Assembly: GCA_964016885.1 (NCBI GenBank)
Contig: OZ024747.1
Span: 24,242,001 to 24,306,000 of the forward strand
Length of the DNA stretch: 64,000 bases
Reading direction: 5' to 3'
Source: Eledone cirrhosa
Taxonomy: Eukaryota
Each line of letters starts with the position of its first letter. Position 1 is the stretch's first letter. Both the position numbers and the translations under genes were made by a program. The notes beneath the pieces were generated by a model, which was given only the letters and a program-made list of their open reading frames with translations, made no database searches and had not been told where the DNA came from. Positions 1 to 14,439 of the stretch are shown piece after piece.

Positions 1-140
1 TCCCTTCCCACCATAACTGCTGGTCGTGTGCTTAAAGTAGAAACCGTTCTTTGCCTTTCATCCTTACGGGGTCGATAAAATAAAGTACCAGTAATGCACT
101 GGGTAATTGATGGCCTTGTGCCAAAAGTAGAAACAATTAT
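1..140 (+). mobile_element. SINE 3' fragments
   Basis: ctttcatccttacggggtcgataaaataaagtaccag...gccaaaagtagaaacaatt. Confidence 0.82.
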
Positions 141-929
141 TAATAGTATTAATATTACAAGGTACTTACTTCGACCGTGTGTAACGCCACTATAATGTTT
201 GTTACAGAAAACGGCACTTTGCTGGGTTCTAAAGATTACAAGACAATTCTTGCCAGTTTTCAATTAGAGTTACATCCCTTAAAGTCTATTGTTTCTCTTA
301 GCACCAGGATTCTTGTAGTTTATAGAACCAGGAGCAGCAGCTAAATAAAGCTTAAGACGTAGACGGGTAGAACTAAATATTGTAATTCTTTTTTACTTCG
401 ATGGTTGACCATTTATGCCATTCGATTTCATTGTAGCACTGATATATTAAAGATAATTAATATATTTAAGTGAAAAACAAAACGTGTTACTGCCGAATGA
501 TAAACGAAAGTAAACAAACAGTATAAATAAAGAGAAACTTGGCAAAAGAGAGAGAAGGGAAGGGGAACCTAGTGCATCAAATATAACATGGTAAAATTGT
601 AAACAGGTACAAAAACTTTGCGGTCATTGGCCGTCGAAATGGATGTACACAGTTTCAACCTCTACCAACGGTACTGCTGACCCATCCGGGGTCACAGTAG
701 AGAAACATTGTCCTGAAGTATTTTACAAGGAGAAAATGTAAAAGAACACGTGAAATCACACGGGAGTCCATATGTCTGACTGATCATGTTTGTCACATAT
801 TCGACTTAAATACCTTACATTTAATTATATACGTACTTTGTCATTGATTAGATTAACGTGAATAATTAATTGGACTAACTTAGATCCCCCCTCCCCCATA
901 TATATATATATATTTATATATATATAAGT

Positions 930-1430
930 TCAGGAAACAATAAGTTTATCAAACCAAAGAGAAATTCTGATAAAGACTGCATCATATAAATGGCATCACT
1001 TGACGCCTCGGTAAGGCGAGCTGCTAACAATGACAGGAACTTCGCTGTCTGTGGCCTAGCTGCACGAAACATCTTGAACTCCATAGGCTGGAAGAAATAG
1101 TTTACCGATAATTCCCAGTACTTTAGAATTTTATTCCATTTGGCTATGGAAGCTATGAATCCCACATTTACTGAACCATCCAGGATGTGAGAGGGAGTAA
1201 AAGAGTCACTGACTGTGGTGTCCCAGATAAGACATCTACCTCTTACTCAGGGACACAGGTAAAGGCCATCTGGCTTTTTCCCATCAATTCTGGATAATCC
1301 AGCCAGCTTCAGAACTGAGGGTATATTACCTGAGCTACCTGCTTTACAGATCGCTACATAGAATCTTTCTTTCTGACTTTTTTTAAAATTACTATGCCCA
1401 GCCTGTAGCTTATTGCAGGCTATATTTGAG
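930..1430 (-). mobile_element. Degenerate CRE-like non-LTR retrotransposon C-terminus (restriction-like endonuclease)
   Basis: Translation '[37 protein letters not shown]...K..KY..L..NYFFQP' continues into ORF 914..1165 and fits the RPDG...W..G..L.WD REL pattern. One in-frame stop. Confidence 0.72.
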
Positions 1431-1779
1431 TTAATGTTGGCTCTGTTTCATTTTACAGTAAACAACTTTAATGACACTATTTTATTTACAATTTCATAGA
1501 CTCTCAATAAAATATATGAGCAGCCACTCTAATCGAGCATCCCACCCACTTTCCCCTCTTATCACTTGTTTTGAAAACAGTTCACACACACACATACATT
1601 CTCTCTCTCTCCTGCTAAGGTTGGTTATGTACTTTTGACTGTGGATAGCAATAAACTTTAAATGGAAACCTCATTCTATGAGTAAGAGCCCACTAACCAC
1701 GGTTAAGCAATCACAGACTCCCTTCTTTTCAGGTGCAGATGATATTTAAGCTACCAACCCACTTGGTTCCATAACAAGT

Positions 1780-2332
1780 CTAAAACTTCCGAACTACAAC
1801 AATCAACGTTGGCACAATGTAAGGTATGTCTGGAAAAATCGTAAAGATGCTGTAGATGTGTGTTCTGTGCAATAAGTTAGAGAAGAGCTCCAACCAGACT
1901 TCTCATGGGAGAGGAACAAAGATTCAAGTTCTAGGTGTGGAAATGTGATGTGGTAGGTGGGGTAGGTATACTACTTGTGAAGAAATGGAGAAATAAAATA
2001 ATTGAGTTACAGGGAGCAACAAAATAAGTAAGTTTCGACTAGTTTTGAACAATATAACTATGACTATCATGTCTGTATATGAACCGCATGGGGGTCTTGC
2101 CAAGGAACAAAAGGATAATTTTTAAGAGGTTTCCTTATAGACTACTTCAATGATAAACAACTGTGATCTTACTTTCATGGCTGGGGATTTCAGTGGTCAT
2201 ATAGGATGGCACCAGGATGGATATCAGGAGGTGCATGGACTGTATGAGCTTGGTGTATGAAATGAAGAGACATCAAACCTTCTGGAGTTTTGTGATGTAA
2301 ATGACCTGACTATTTGCAACACAAATTTTAGA
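1780..2332 (+). mobile_element. Degenerate RTE LINE AP-endonuclease fragment
   Basis: Frame-broken translation retains 'TINVGTM', 'GVGILL', 'AGDFSGHIG' and 'LLEFCDVNDLTICNTNF'. Confidence 0.75.
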
Positions 2333-3194
2333 TTTGAGGCAGAAAGCATTGTCCTGGTGCAGTTGTCACTGACCAGACTGGAAGAGTTCTGGTCTCTTGT
2401 AATGAAATCTCTTTTGGAACTGCTTCAAAACCTCTAAATAGTACTCTTTGTTGACTGTCTGGCTGTGGGGGTCCTAGTGGATGAGGATGATGCCCTTGCT
2501 GTTGAAGAATGAGATTATCATGAGCTTCCTATTGGACCTGTCTTACCTGGCCTTCTTGGGTCTTGGGGAGTCAGAATGTTTCTACCGGGCACTCTGTCTT
2601 TTGGTTCAATAACTGGATGGTTGTTTATATAATGTCAAAGCTCTTTCATCATACATTTTGTGACATCCCCAGTGACTGACCCGCCATTTTGTGTCTCCCC
2701 CTTGCTCTGTCCCACATCATCTTGTTTCCATATGTTGTGTGCTGTGCGCTTGGTATCCACATGCGCCACATCTGGGTGTGTGTGTATTTTTGTTTATTTA
2801 ATTATGTGTTTATTTATTTGGTTGCCTGAATGAACCAACCGGAAATTTGTAATAAATTGAAGTGAAAACCAACAGGTGCATGTGTTTTTATTGGCAGTAT
2901 GACCCTCCCAAAGTATAACAATATCTGTTTCAACACGCGTTTTCAGATAAGAAATCCTGTAAAACAAATTCAAAAACGAAGTTTATATATATATATACAT
3001 ACATCATGTAGGCGTCCTGACAAAACGCATGCAGTACACACTGTAAATGAGGTTGGCGCTAGAAAGGGCATCCAACTGTAGAAACCCAAGCCAAAATCAG
3101 TTCTGTATGAGCAAGATATGGTCACCTGACCTGGCATTGATCACAACAGGACAACTCATCTAACCCATGCCAGTGTGACGTTAGATGATAATGA

Positions 3195-3237
<43 letters not shown>

Positions 3238-4409
3238 CAGACACTTATACACACACACTTACAAATAGAAAAAAATAATAAGTCTGATGAAAGCTGAGTT
3301 TGAATTTGAAAATGATGTTTAATTCAAATGAAAAGGTCATAAACCATAACAATATATATTTATATAAAGATAAGATGCCATAGCATACATAATTTGGATG
3401 AATAACAGAAGAGTGTTTACAGTGCACAGTACTAAACTTGGGGTTCACTCTCATATAAAACCATTGGATCACATTTGGGGAAGCGTTGCTTAAAGAGGGT
3501 TCACGTGAATAATTTCAGAAATAATTCTTTTTTTTTTTTTTGAAAGCTTTTACTTACCTACTCGTAAAAATAATCATAAAAAATATTAGACTCGTTAATA
3601 AAGGTGTGTTAATATTATGTTTTAATTATGATAATGATGATAGCTTTTTTTTTCTTAATATTTAATTTAAATAATTAAATAAATTATAATATATAACTTG
3701 ATTATAAATAAATGTTTAAATGATTTCATGATTTGGTATGGAATCTTAGACAAACACAGAGTTTAAAATATTTTTGTCCAAGGATTCAATACAGTGCCTG
3801 CTGTATGATAGCTCATGATCTAGAGAAGACCAATGAGCCCCAGTTCCTTTATTCACTTAGGAGTTGAGCTTCACATTAACCAATTTCATTATAACAACAA
3901 CAACAACACTAATAGTAATAATAATTCCACTGCCTCTCTTTATGTTGGTGCACCAAAAACATAACACTGCACATACCCAAGGCACACAGCTGTGCTCAGT
4001 AATGCAGTGACACCAACAATAAAAATAAAAATAACAACTAATAATAATAATAACAACAACAACAGTAGTGAATTCTTAGAGAGGTACAAGAACCTGGATT
4101 GATAGGGAGGGATGGGATAGGAGAAATGAGAATGTGTGATGTTCATACTGTTTCAAAGGCCATTTACTATGTAATGCACAAGGATTAAGAGGATCAGAAA
4201 GATTCTCTAGAAATATGGAGGAAGAGGGACATGTGAAGTTGTGGCTTTCATTTTATTCAGTGGTATAATATTACATTACTATGTGCAGAACTGCGGATGA
4301 CAATTGAAATCACATCTTCAGTTCTGTTTGTGGAGATTTTACAGCTACCCTGCCAATCTACTACAGTTACAATACTACTACTACTACAACTGCTTACAAT
4401 AATGACAAT

Positions 4410-5060
4410 AATTGTTTCTACTTTTGGCACAAGGCCAGCAAATTGGGTGAAAGGGGAAAGTTGATTATATTGACTCCAGTACTTAACTGGTACTATTTTA
4501 TCAACCCCCAGAGGGATGAAAGGCAAAGATGACCTCAGCAGGATTTGAAATCAGAATGTAAAGACTTGAAATAAATACTCAAAGCATTTTATCCAATTCT
4601 CTAACAATTCTTTTAATCCAGTGTTCTCATAATAATAATAATTGTTTCTATTTTTGGCACAAGGCCAGCAATTATCCCAGTGCATTACTGGTACTTTATT
4701 TTATCGACCCCGTAAGGATGAAAGGCAAAGCTAACCTCGGTGGGATTTGAACTCAGACCGTAAAGGGGTATAACTCTATGATACAAAGCATGGCGTCAGA
4801 CCCTCTACCGATACTGTCAAATAATAATAATAATAATAATAGTTTCTTATTTAGGCACAAGGCCAGCAATTATGGGGGAGGGGAAAGTCGATTAAATCGA
4901 CCCCAGCACGCGACTAGTACTTTATTTTATCGACCCCGTAAGGATGAAAGGCAAAGTTAACCTCTGCGGGATTTGAACTCAGAATGGCAAGGGCTGTAAT
5001 TCTATGCGTCAAAGCATGGCGTCCGACCCTCTACCAATACTGCCAATCCACTACCTTAAT
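4410..5060 (-). mobile_element. Three head-to-tail copies of the same tRNA-derived SINE
   Basis: Each contains ggcacaaggccagcaa...ggatgaaaggcaaag...gatttgaa, separated by (aat)n. Confidence 0.88.
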
Positions 5061-5784
5061 AATAATAATAATAATAATAATAATCACACTAAGATACATA
5101 ACCAAAACCATAGGACTTTCAAATATATACAGCATACAAAAAAAAAAATAGCCCTATTACTCACTGCACACATATGAAAGAGTATTCTTTATACTATAGA
5201 AACAATACTGCACATTTCCAGGGTGCACAGATATATGTACAGTAACACACACAAAAAAAAAAATAAGATTAATATAATAATAATAATAATAATAATAATG
5301 GTTTCTTTATTGGTTTCTAGGGCCCATGTCATTGGGGGACAATACAAAGACGAAAAACAAAACAACATGGTGTGAGGTTTAGATTGATTAAAAGGCAAGG
5401 GGACATCAACACAGGGGAAACAGTAGATATAATAACAATAACAGTAATTGTAATAAATAGTAATGATAGCAATACAAAACAATAACACATATCAACTAAG
5501 AACAATCCCCCAGGAGGATAATTCTAGGAAAAACCTCACACAAACCCTGGATTACTCTGTTGCAGCAAGGACATTGAAAGAGCCTTCTCCCTTAAATATC
5601 ATCATACTGTTCTATGCCAGACACATTGAGGCAAGTAGATATTCTCTGGTTGAGAAATACAAAAAACCGTGTAAGGAGTGTATGAGTCAGTTATCATCTA
5701 GTGTACACCTCACCAACAACAACAACAGAAGTAATACCAACAGACAGACATACTTTTAACATCTTTCTAAGCAAGATTCAGCAT

Positions 5785-6262
5785 GACTATAGTCATTGCA
5801 TACCTCCAGAGAGAGAGTGACTGACCCACAAGCAGGGGTGGGGGTGGTGTCAACACCACAGACATTGCATACCTCCAGGGGAAGAACCACAGACATTGCA
5901 TACCTCCAGGGGAAGAACCACAGACATTGCAAACCTCTAGGGGAAGAACTACAGACACTGTACACCTCCAGGGTAAATGACTGATCCACTAGCGGTGGGG
6001 GCGGACCAGAGATACTGCACCCCTGCAGGATAAGTGACTGACCCAGTAGCAATAGGGGAGGACTACAGGTACTATATATCTCCAGGGGGAGTGACTGATT
6101 CAGTGGTGGGGGAGGACCAGAGATACTGCACCCCTCCAGGATCAGTGACTGTCCCATTAGTGGTGAGGGAGGACTACATACACATCTTCAAGGAGAGCGA
6201 CTGACCCACTAGTAATTGGGGAAAGCTACAATTATTCCATATCTCCAGGGGAAGTGACAGAA
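5785..6262. repeat. GC-rich imperfect minisatellite (~29-bp and ~60-bp units built on acctccagg)
   Basis: Repeated cacagacattgcatacctccagggg.aagaac and gtgactgaccca..ag motifs. Confidence 0.75.
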
Positions 6263-7351
6263 TATAACTGAGCACTGAGACTTCATAAAAAAATTATGAC
6301 AATGTTTCTAGGGAGATAATCAATGTTTGAACTATTAAGAGTTATGTACCTTAGAGTAACTCTTGTAAGATAATGTGTGTTGTGTGTGTGTATGAGTTGG
6401 TCCTCCGTCAGTTGCAACAAAGATTGTTCCAGTTAATGTGATCAGCAGAACAACTTGCTTGTGAAGTTAACTTGCAAGGGGTTGAGCATTCAACAGACAT
6501 GTGTACCTTTAACACAGTTCTCGGCACATTACAGTTGTACCTGTAGTTAAAAGGCTGACCATTTTGACTACAGGTACAACTTATTTTTACCAGTTGATTA
6601 GATTAAAGCAGCATGAAATAAAGTGTCTTATTGAAGGACACAAGGTGCTACTGTGAGTTGAACTCCTCACCAAACAATCATGAGATGAACAACCGAACCA
6701 CTAAGCCACGTGTCTTCACTGTAGCTACATACATACACACATATATATTATGTCTCCTCACAAGATTTTGTTATTTTGCCATATATTACAATGTATTTTC
6801 TATCTTTCTCCCAAAAATTTATCACTCTCACATTTTGCTCACTCTCCCTCCTGATATGTTTAAATATACAAAATAAACATCTTAAAAAATAAACTTTTGT
6901 TTTTCTTTCCCATTAAAAAAAAAAGTTTTTACTGGTTTCAGACTGCAGCCACACTGAGTTACTGCCTTGAAGGGGTTTTTTAGTTGGTCGTATCAAACTT
7001 ATATATATTTTATCGATCTCATTTTGTCGAACTGAAATGTTAAACAACAAACACATACGCACATACACATATGATGGGCTTTGGCATTTTTTTTGTTGAC
7101 AAAATTTCACTTACAAAGCATTGGACAACCAAAGGCTATAGTAGAAGACACTTGCTCAAGGTGGTACATAGTGGTACGATTGTGAAGCAAACTTCTTAAT
7201 TACACTGTCATGTCTAATTTTGTCTGATCACATATTTTTTGGAAAATCAAAGTGGGTCATATGACAATAAAAGTTGTATAACTGAGTATTTTGTGTATTA
7301 TATGGAGTGTCTCTAGTGGTTGAGACTTCATGTTGGTCATATGGTTATATA

Positions 7352-7430
<79 letters not shown>

Positions 7431-7724
7431 TTGTGTGTGTGCATGAATGAAATATTTTCAACAAAATAGGGAAAACTTAGGCATTTATGCTATAACAATG
7501 AAGTCCAATAAGACAGAAATACACACATGGTTAAAAGCTTGTGATTTTATATATATATATATATATATGAATTGATAATTTCAAATATTGGTGTTTGTAA
7601 CTTAACCTAAAATAAGAAAACAGGTAGCAGTTTTTTTTTCTTTTTTCTTCTTTAGCACTTTTATCATCATATTTCTCATGAAAAACACTGCCTATGGTTT
7701 TCAAATAATTTTGAAAATAATCAA

Positions 7725-8420
7725 AAATTTGTTCATTATTTTCATGAAGAGGATTGGAAGTGGTGTCATGACTGGTGGGAGTAAAATCAGTCGACTGGAG
7801 TTTGCAGGCAACATGGTGTTACTTAACTCAACAGAAGGTGATTTCCAACTTGCACTTGATAGGTTTGATGCTGAGTAATGGAAGGCAGGAGGCTGAATAA
7901 AATGCAAGAATTGCTGGAGTTGGTGCAGTAATGTGCCAACTTCAGCATTCAGTAATCAGAAGGGAGGTAGGTGTAAAAGCCAAATTCAATATTTTCAATT
8001 TAGTATTCGTGTCAACCTTTACCTATGGTCAGGAATCTTGGGTAATGACCAAAAGTATACGCTCATGAAGACAAGCAGCCAAAATGGGGTTCCTCTGAAG
8101 GGTCTTTGGAGTAACGTTACTGTGCATAGCTTGGAGATCGGAGAATCATTCCAGGTAGAGCTGCTACTCCTCCAAATTGAGAGATCACAGCTCCGATACT
8201 ATGGGCATGTGGTTAGAATGTCTCAGGAAAGAATCGATGGACAGATTTTATGGGCAAAACCAATCAGCGGGAGACCCAGGGATAGACCTTGAGCAAGATG
8301 GTTGGATAACACTTGGGGATCCAGCTGGATCAGGTGCTTTTGACAGGAACTGCTAGAAGGAGAGTTTGAGGACTGTTCCCCTATGACCATCTCAAGAATA
8401 AGTGGGATAAGAAGAAGATG
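7725..8420 (+). mobile_element. Heavily decayed RTE-like LINE RT/3' fragment
   Basis: 'LFIIFM', 'QLALDRF' and 'IERSQLRYYGHVVRM...GRP' in ORFs 7678..7878 and 7933..8292. Confidence 0.72.
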
Positions 8421-9189
8421 AAAAATTTGTGGGGATTTAGTAATATAATTACTAGAGAGAGTATTCAAGGCGAATACTATTTTTTAAAAACAAAGTTGGA
8501 TTCAGTTTTAATATTTCTTCCAATCTATTTAACAAACAAATGAAATGTCATTGCTGCTGTTGTTGATGAGGATGTTGCTGTAAAGATGATAGTTGCTCAT
8601 CATCATCATCCATTTAAAACTAAAATGTGTATAGTTGCATCACCACTGTCAGCATCATTTTTTTCTATGATGGAATGAGTTAGACATGACATTTTTGAGG
8701 ATGTATGCAATGGTCATTTGCCCTTCTTGATGCCAACCCTTGTTTTTTGCTCATCAATTTGCTAAGCCACAGAATATAAATCAACATAACTTGCTGCAAA
8801 ATGAGACAAAAACATACCCACACATATATATCCATGTATATGTGCCTTTATATATCATCATCATCATCATACATCTATTTTCCATGCTTGCATAGGTTAG
8901 ACGAGTTGTCACATTGTGAAATTAGACAGATCAGATTATTGTGTCTTGCTTGTTCTATTCAGGCATGGTTTCTACAACTGGATGCTGTTTGTCACACCTG
9001 TCAGAATGAAAGGCAAAACTGACCTTGGTATGATTTGAACTAAGAGTGCATTGAGATGGAAAAAATATCACAAATTATTCTACCTGATATTCTAATGCCT
9101 TGTTAATAAGATTATAGTTTTACAAAATTGTTCAATGGATTATCATTGGACTATTTTGTAAAACTATTTTCATCTAAAAATAAAAAAAT

Positions 9190-9352
9190 AAAAAGGGTGT
9201 CCCAAGAAAACCTGGCCCTCAACTTTCAAAGAAGATCTTCAGAGGATGGGACTGGACTGGAAAACTATGCAAGATGCTGCAGCTGATCATGTAAATTGGA
9301 GAAGACTCATTGCCCAATATGCCCCAGGGCATAGGAGGACCTAAGACTAAGA
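9190..9352 (+). mobile_element. Short RTE-like 3' end
   Basis: G.P.KTW...W......A.D...WR.L pattern ending in a (ctaag) tail. Confidence 0.5.
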
Positions 9353-9482
9353 TTTTCCAACTACACAATGTTTTAATCAGTTTCATCTCTGACCATCCTT
9401 AGGTGTGTTTTAACTAGATATATACATGGCATTGGAGATAATTTACACAATGGATCTGTATTTCTAATGAGGGAGTAATAAT

Positions 9483-9840
9483 GGTTTCTACATTTGGTAC
9501 AAGGCCAGCAATTTGAAGGGAAGGGGAAAGTCGATTAAATTGACCTTAGTGCATTACTGGTACTTTATTTTATCGACCCTTTAAGGATAAATGGCAAAAC
9601 TAACCTCGGCAGGATTTGAATGAATAAAGTTGGAGCAATAATGATTTCTTATTTAGGCACAAAATCAGCAGTCTTGTGGGGAGGAGAAAATCGATTATAT
9701 TGATGCCAGTAGTTGACTAGTACTTTATTTTATCAACCCTAGAAAGACAAAAGTTGCCCATGGCTGGATTTGAATTGAGAACATAAAGACTTGGAACAAA
9801 TGCTGTGAAGCATTTTACCCGACTCTCCCAATTTCCCCAC
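9483..9840 (-). mobile_element. Two tandem SINE copies
   Basis: Same core motifs as 4410-5060. Confidence 0.8.
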
Positions 9841-10444
9841 CCTTAAAATTGAAGTAATAATGGAATTATCCACTTTCCTGATTGGTTAATCTCTAAATTA
9901 GCCCTTTTTATATCAAACCCCCTGAAACAGTCACTGGTTCTTTGATACAGAACTGTTTATTTTAAAGTGTTTATATTTATCTAAAAATCTTCTATCATAA
10001 TTTTATGTAAGAACTTTCATGATGTTATATCCCAAACATCGGCTTACCAATGAAAAAAGTGTTATTTTTACTAGATTTTTCCAAACGGCTATTTTCACAA
10101 CTAAAAATTATAGGTAGTGTCTGTTATTAGAAACATGGTAAAGAACATTTCCTAAGTTATGCATCAAACACAAGCTTCATAAAGAGAAAATTATTTTACT
10201 AAATCTTTTAAAATTCTTGGTTATTTTCAAAATTAATAGAAAATTATTGGCAGTGTCATATATTAGAATTATCTTGTATAATATCTACCCAAACAACTAG
10301 GAATTTGGTTATTAGTACACTTACTAACATTATTTTCTTGTATAATTTCTGATGTCAACAATCAAACTATTTTATGGTGCTGATAGAAACCTTAGATCAA
10401 TTGTTAAATGACTATACAGCTCTCACCACTTGTTGCTATGCATA

Positions 10445-10524
<80 letters not shown>

Positions 10525-10929
10525 AATAAAGGGTTGGAAGGACCCTTTAGTTGTGTCAAGGACATGGCAGCCTCCCTAGTGCTGGTGATCTACAAAATAA
10601 AAGCACCTAGTACATGCTGTAAAGTGGTTGATATTAAAAAGGGCATCCAGCCACAGAAAGCTTGCTAAACAAGGGGTTAGGAGGATGCTTCAAAAGACAC
10701 AACTTCTCTACACTCAATATGACAGTTTGTAAGTGGTTACAGACCCCATAGCCTGTCGGGAGGTCAGTAGCCCTGCTTCAGTACTGACTTGGTCTATGTA
10801 CCTGTCTGACCTATGCTAACAAGGCAAGCAGAAGTTAATCGATGATGATGATGATGATATATATATGTATATAGAAAGAGAGAGAGAGAGAGACACCTAG
10901 ATTCTATAATAAATATAATAATTAGGTTA

Positions 10930-11900
10930 CTAAAAATGTACAATGTCTGGAGTTAGGTGTCCCACAAGTGCTCAGACATGCAGTAGGAAATATAGACATA
11001 AAACATGAACCTAATAACAAAAACAAACTGGATGATAGTAAACACACAAAAACATCCAAAAAGAAACCTGCATATGCTCAGAGGCCAACAATAACAAATC
11101 ATCAAGTTACACTCACACAGAAGAAAAGCACTCTGGTACAACACCCCATATGGTGCCTGATTGAGATTGAAAATCCCAAATAATTTCTTCAAAATAATAG
11201 AGAGTAACTTCCCACAATCTCATAAATACTATAGAATATTAAATAACCGTACTATTAAACTCTTACATTCAACAACTCCAAATCTAGAAGATTATATTGC
11301 AATTATTAACCACAAGAAACAAGATAAATATAAAATGTATGATTCCCCATTCCTCGTCGACAAATATGAACGAATAAACACTCCCAGGCATAACAACTGT
11401 CAGTCAACAAAAATGAATCAAAACATCAATGTATTCCTGAATATACAAACAATGACAACTGGTTTGATGCTAACAATCTTAGCTCTGCCAACTGATGATG
11501 TAGACACAGGAATCACCCACCAACAAGAAATTAGCCATACACAACAACAACCAACTGCAATCATAACATAAGAAGCTGCAACTGCAGGCAGCCTAAGAAT
11601 TGCCCCTAAAGGGTAAATTTATGAATGTAGGGTTACTTCTCCTGACAGAACAGTCAACCTAAATGTCTTTATATGCATATCCATTCATTTAAAAATCCAA
11701 GCCTATTGCTTTAGCATAGCTTGTTTGGGATTTGAACAACATGGTCTATAATTGGATCAGTAAAACCCTACCAAGGTGAGCACAGGAAATGTGACTTGTG
11801 TTCAGTTGAAGTGTTGGAAATCATGTCCAATAAGGACTTACAAAAGTCTCAGCATAACTGGACTTTTAACTGATCCCTGAAATAATTAGAACCTTTGCTG
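10930..11900 (+). mobile_element. Degenerate Penelope-like (Neptune-type) element: RT C-terminus, Cys linker and GIY-YIG endonuclease remnants
   Basis: 'RKALWYNTPYGA*LRLKIPNNFFKIIESNFPQSHKYYRILNNRTIKL..STTPNL' (11122 onward), 'NCRQPKNCP', 'IYECRV' and 'KPYQGEHRKCDLCSVEVLEI' (~11760-11825) parallel the Neptune motifs WFNPP..F..LI...FP..H...KIFN..T.K.SYS..PN, CNC....CP and C.LC..E. Confidence 0.68.
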
Positions 11901-12599
11901 AATACAAAGAAATAATAAATCTAACAAAAAGCACATAAACAAGCAAAACTAGACCATCAACATTCTACATAATAAAATTAACTAAAACTCTTAATATTTA
12001 CTAGTAAAAAACTTCCAATAATTAATATAAAAGCCATAGAACTGCTACATAGAAACTAAAGTGCATCTCACAGAACTTACTGCTAATATTACTCCCAACA
12101 CCTGTGATGCCCATGGTTACAGGTAATGGCTACACACCCATGATGTGCATAGTAGTAATGAAGAATAACAAGTTCATCATGGGTATTGGTTAATGCAGTG
12201 TTGATTTTTCTATATTTCTGTATAACAGTTTAGTTATATCAGAATACAACCTAACTAGACAGTTAAACAGAAATCAACCACTCTAAAATTGACACTGCAT
12301 TTACCAAAACCTACGATGAACTTGTTATTCCACAATACCAATGTGGATCTCATTGTTGTATGTATATGCAGATCCTCTTATAACTTATCTGTTAAATCTA
12401 GATAGGTACATATAACTGTATGTTGTATTACTATCATCATCTAGCAATGACATGACAAATACAATACAATTATATGATATCTATTTCTACTACTACCAGT
12501 ATAATTAATATTGTTTATTCCATAGCCACCTGGTATCTAGTTATTTCCACTTAACATCTGCAGAACTAATACATGTGCCATCATAATATAATAATGAAA

Positions 12600-13335
12600 T
12601 TATTGTGTACAGTGCTCAGGTGCACTACAACTCATCAAAGGTGCATGTATAGTATATAGAATAATGTACAAATGTCAGGAAAATGAACAGTGTATGAGTC
12701 ATGAAATACATGTGTGCGTGTGTATGGAGGGGAGATATCAGGATAGTGTTGGCGAATTTCAGGAAGTATGGAGGTTTTAAAGGAAGCAGTGTCTTGGCAG
12801 CTAACAACTGATGCAGGTAGTTTGTTCCATGCTTCAGCAACTCTGAGTGTGAAAAAATGTTTCCGAAAGCTGTGCTGTTCTCTGACTTTGTAGGCATGCC
12901 CATGTGTGTTAGACACATGGAAATCAAAAAGGTGCTCAGGGTTGTTGTTGGCAAGATGGTTAATAATTTTGTGGGTGTTAACCAAGTCAGTTGCCAGACG
13001 TCGGAACTTCAATGTATCCATGCCCAGGGAAGCAAGGCGTTCAGAGTATGGTAGATGCCTGATGGAGGGTATTCACTTGGTTGACGTCTCTGAACAGTTT
13101 CCAGGAGGTCAATGTTCTGAGCAAGATAGGAGTTCCAGACTGGTGATGCAAATTCTAAGTGTGGCCGCACCATAGCTATATACAGCTTTAAATAGATAGC
13201 TGGAGAGTGGCTGACAAAGGTCTTGCTGAGTGATGCTAAGACACCCTTGGCCTTCTTGGCAATTTTAGAGATGTGCTTCGTCCAACGCAAAGGATCTGTC
13301 CTTTTTATCTCAAGGTACAGCTTGATGTCATCTAC
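12600..13335 (-). mobile_element. CR1-like LINE 3' fragment (RT C-terminal region), frameshifted
   Basis: ORFs 13009..13383 and 12635..13021 give 'LYIAMVRPHLEFASPVW', 'LETVQRR', 'RRLATDL' and 'FFTLRVAEAWNKLP..VV'. Confidence 0.85.
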
Positions 13336-14401
13336 ATTACTCCATAACCACCCAACTAAACTGTTATTATCATTACCTAGCATCTACATTACAAATACAA
13401 TATATACAATATATGCATATGATAACATTTATTTCCACTAGTTAATAACTAAAACCTAAATTACCATCAACATAATTAAAAATGATTATCCTCTACCACC
13501 TAACAAAACAAACTTGGATCCAAAATAAGTGAAACTTATCACATCTGAACCAGAAAAAATACAGGAAACCCTTAAATAACATAGTAATATTGGCAATGAG
13601 TATCTAATTTGAAACTGTAAATTATATGTTACTCCTAGTAAAGACTAACCAAAGGTATATCTTGATGCTGATTCCAGCGTTAAAAAAACAGCTATAAAAT
13701 TCTAGCAGACATTTAATGGACTACTCTCTAGAAAAACAATGGTTATGAAGAAATCAGATTTACCATGAATAAAAATATAAATAGATATGAAATGGATGTA
13801 TAGAACCAATCAAACTGTCTTCCATTTGATTAGTCTACATAATCTACACAATACCTGCCCACAAAAATCACTCACCTATATACAGACACATAACCAAGTG
13901 TAATTTACCATTAATTCATTTAAACAAAATTCTTCTGTAGATATGTACTAAACAAATTGAAGTCTAGTGTATAGAAGTGAAACAAATTAATTAAGTCTAA
14001 ATGTAAGGACTAAAATTCAGTGGAAATGGGATATGCAAACACAGATCGTATAAAATGGATCTTCCAAGAAAATATCAAACCTTTGGTATATTGAAACACT
14101 TGTAAAGAACACTAAATAAATGCAGCTTAAAAAAAAATTCAATAATTTTCTCTTCACTATTAACTCTGTGAAGATATAAGTAGAAAAATCAGATTAGACA
14201 CGTGTATCCACACCCATGGTACCCTGACAAAACCTGTACATCTACCAAAGCTACTAAGACTATTAACAAATAGTTGTTTGTGTAAACGGGAACATCTGAA
14301 AAAGAATACTATAATATATATATATGTATTATTGATATATAATATATATATATATAATATATATATATATTATATATATAATATGTATATATATATATAT
14401 A

Positions 14402-14439
<38 letters not shown>

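Noticed and set aside
2340-2780. Possible gag-like zinc knuckle on the minus strand (CGACGYQAH)
   Set aside because: The motif is incomplete and the frame is broken by stops, so it is too weak to classify.
5756-6157. Pro/Cys-rich ORFs
   Set aside because: They arise from a GC-rich minisatellite and have no splice or homology support.
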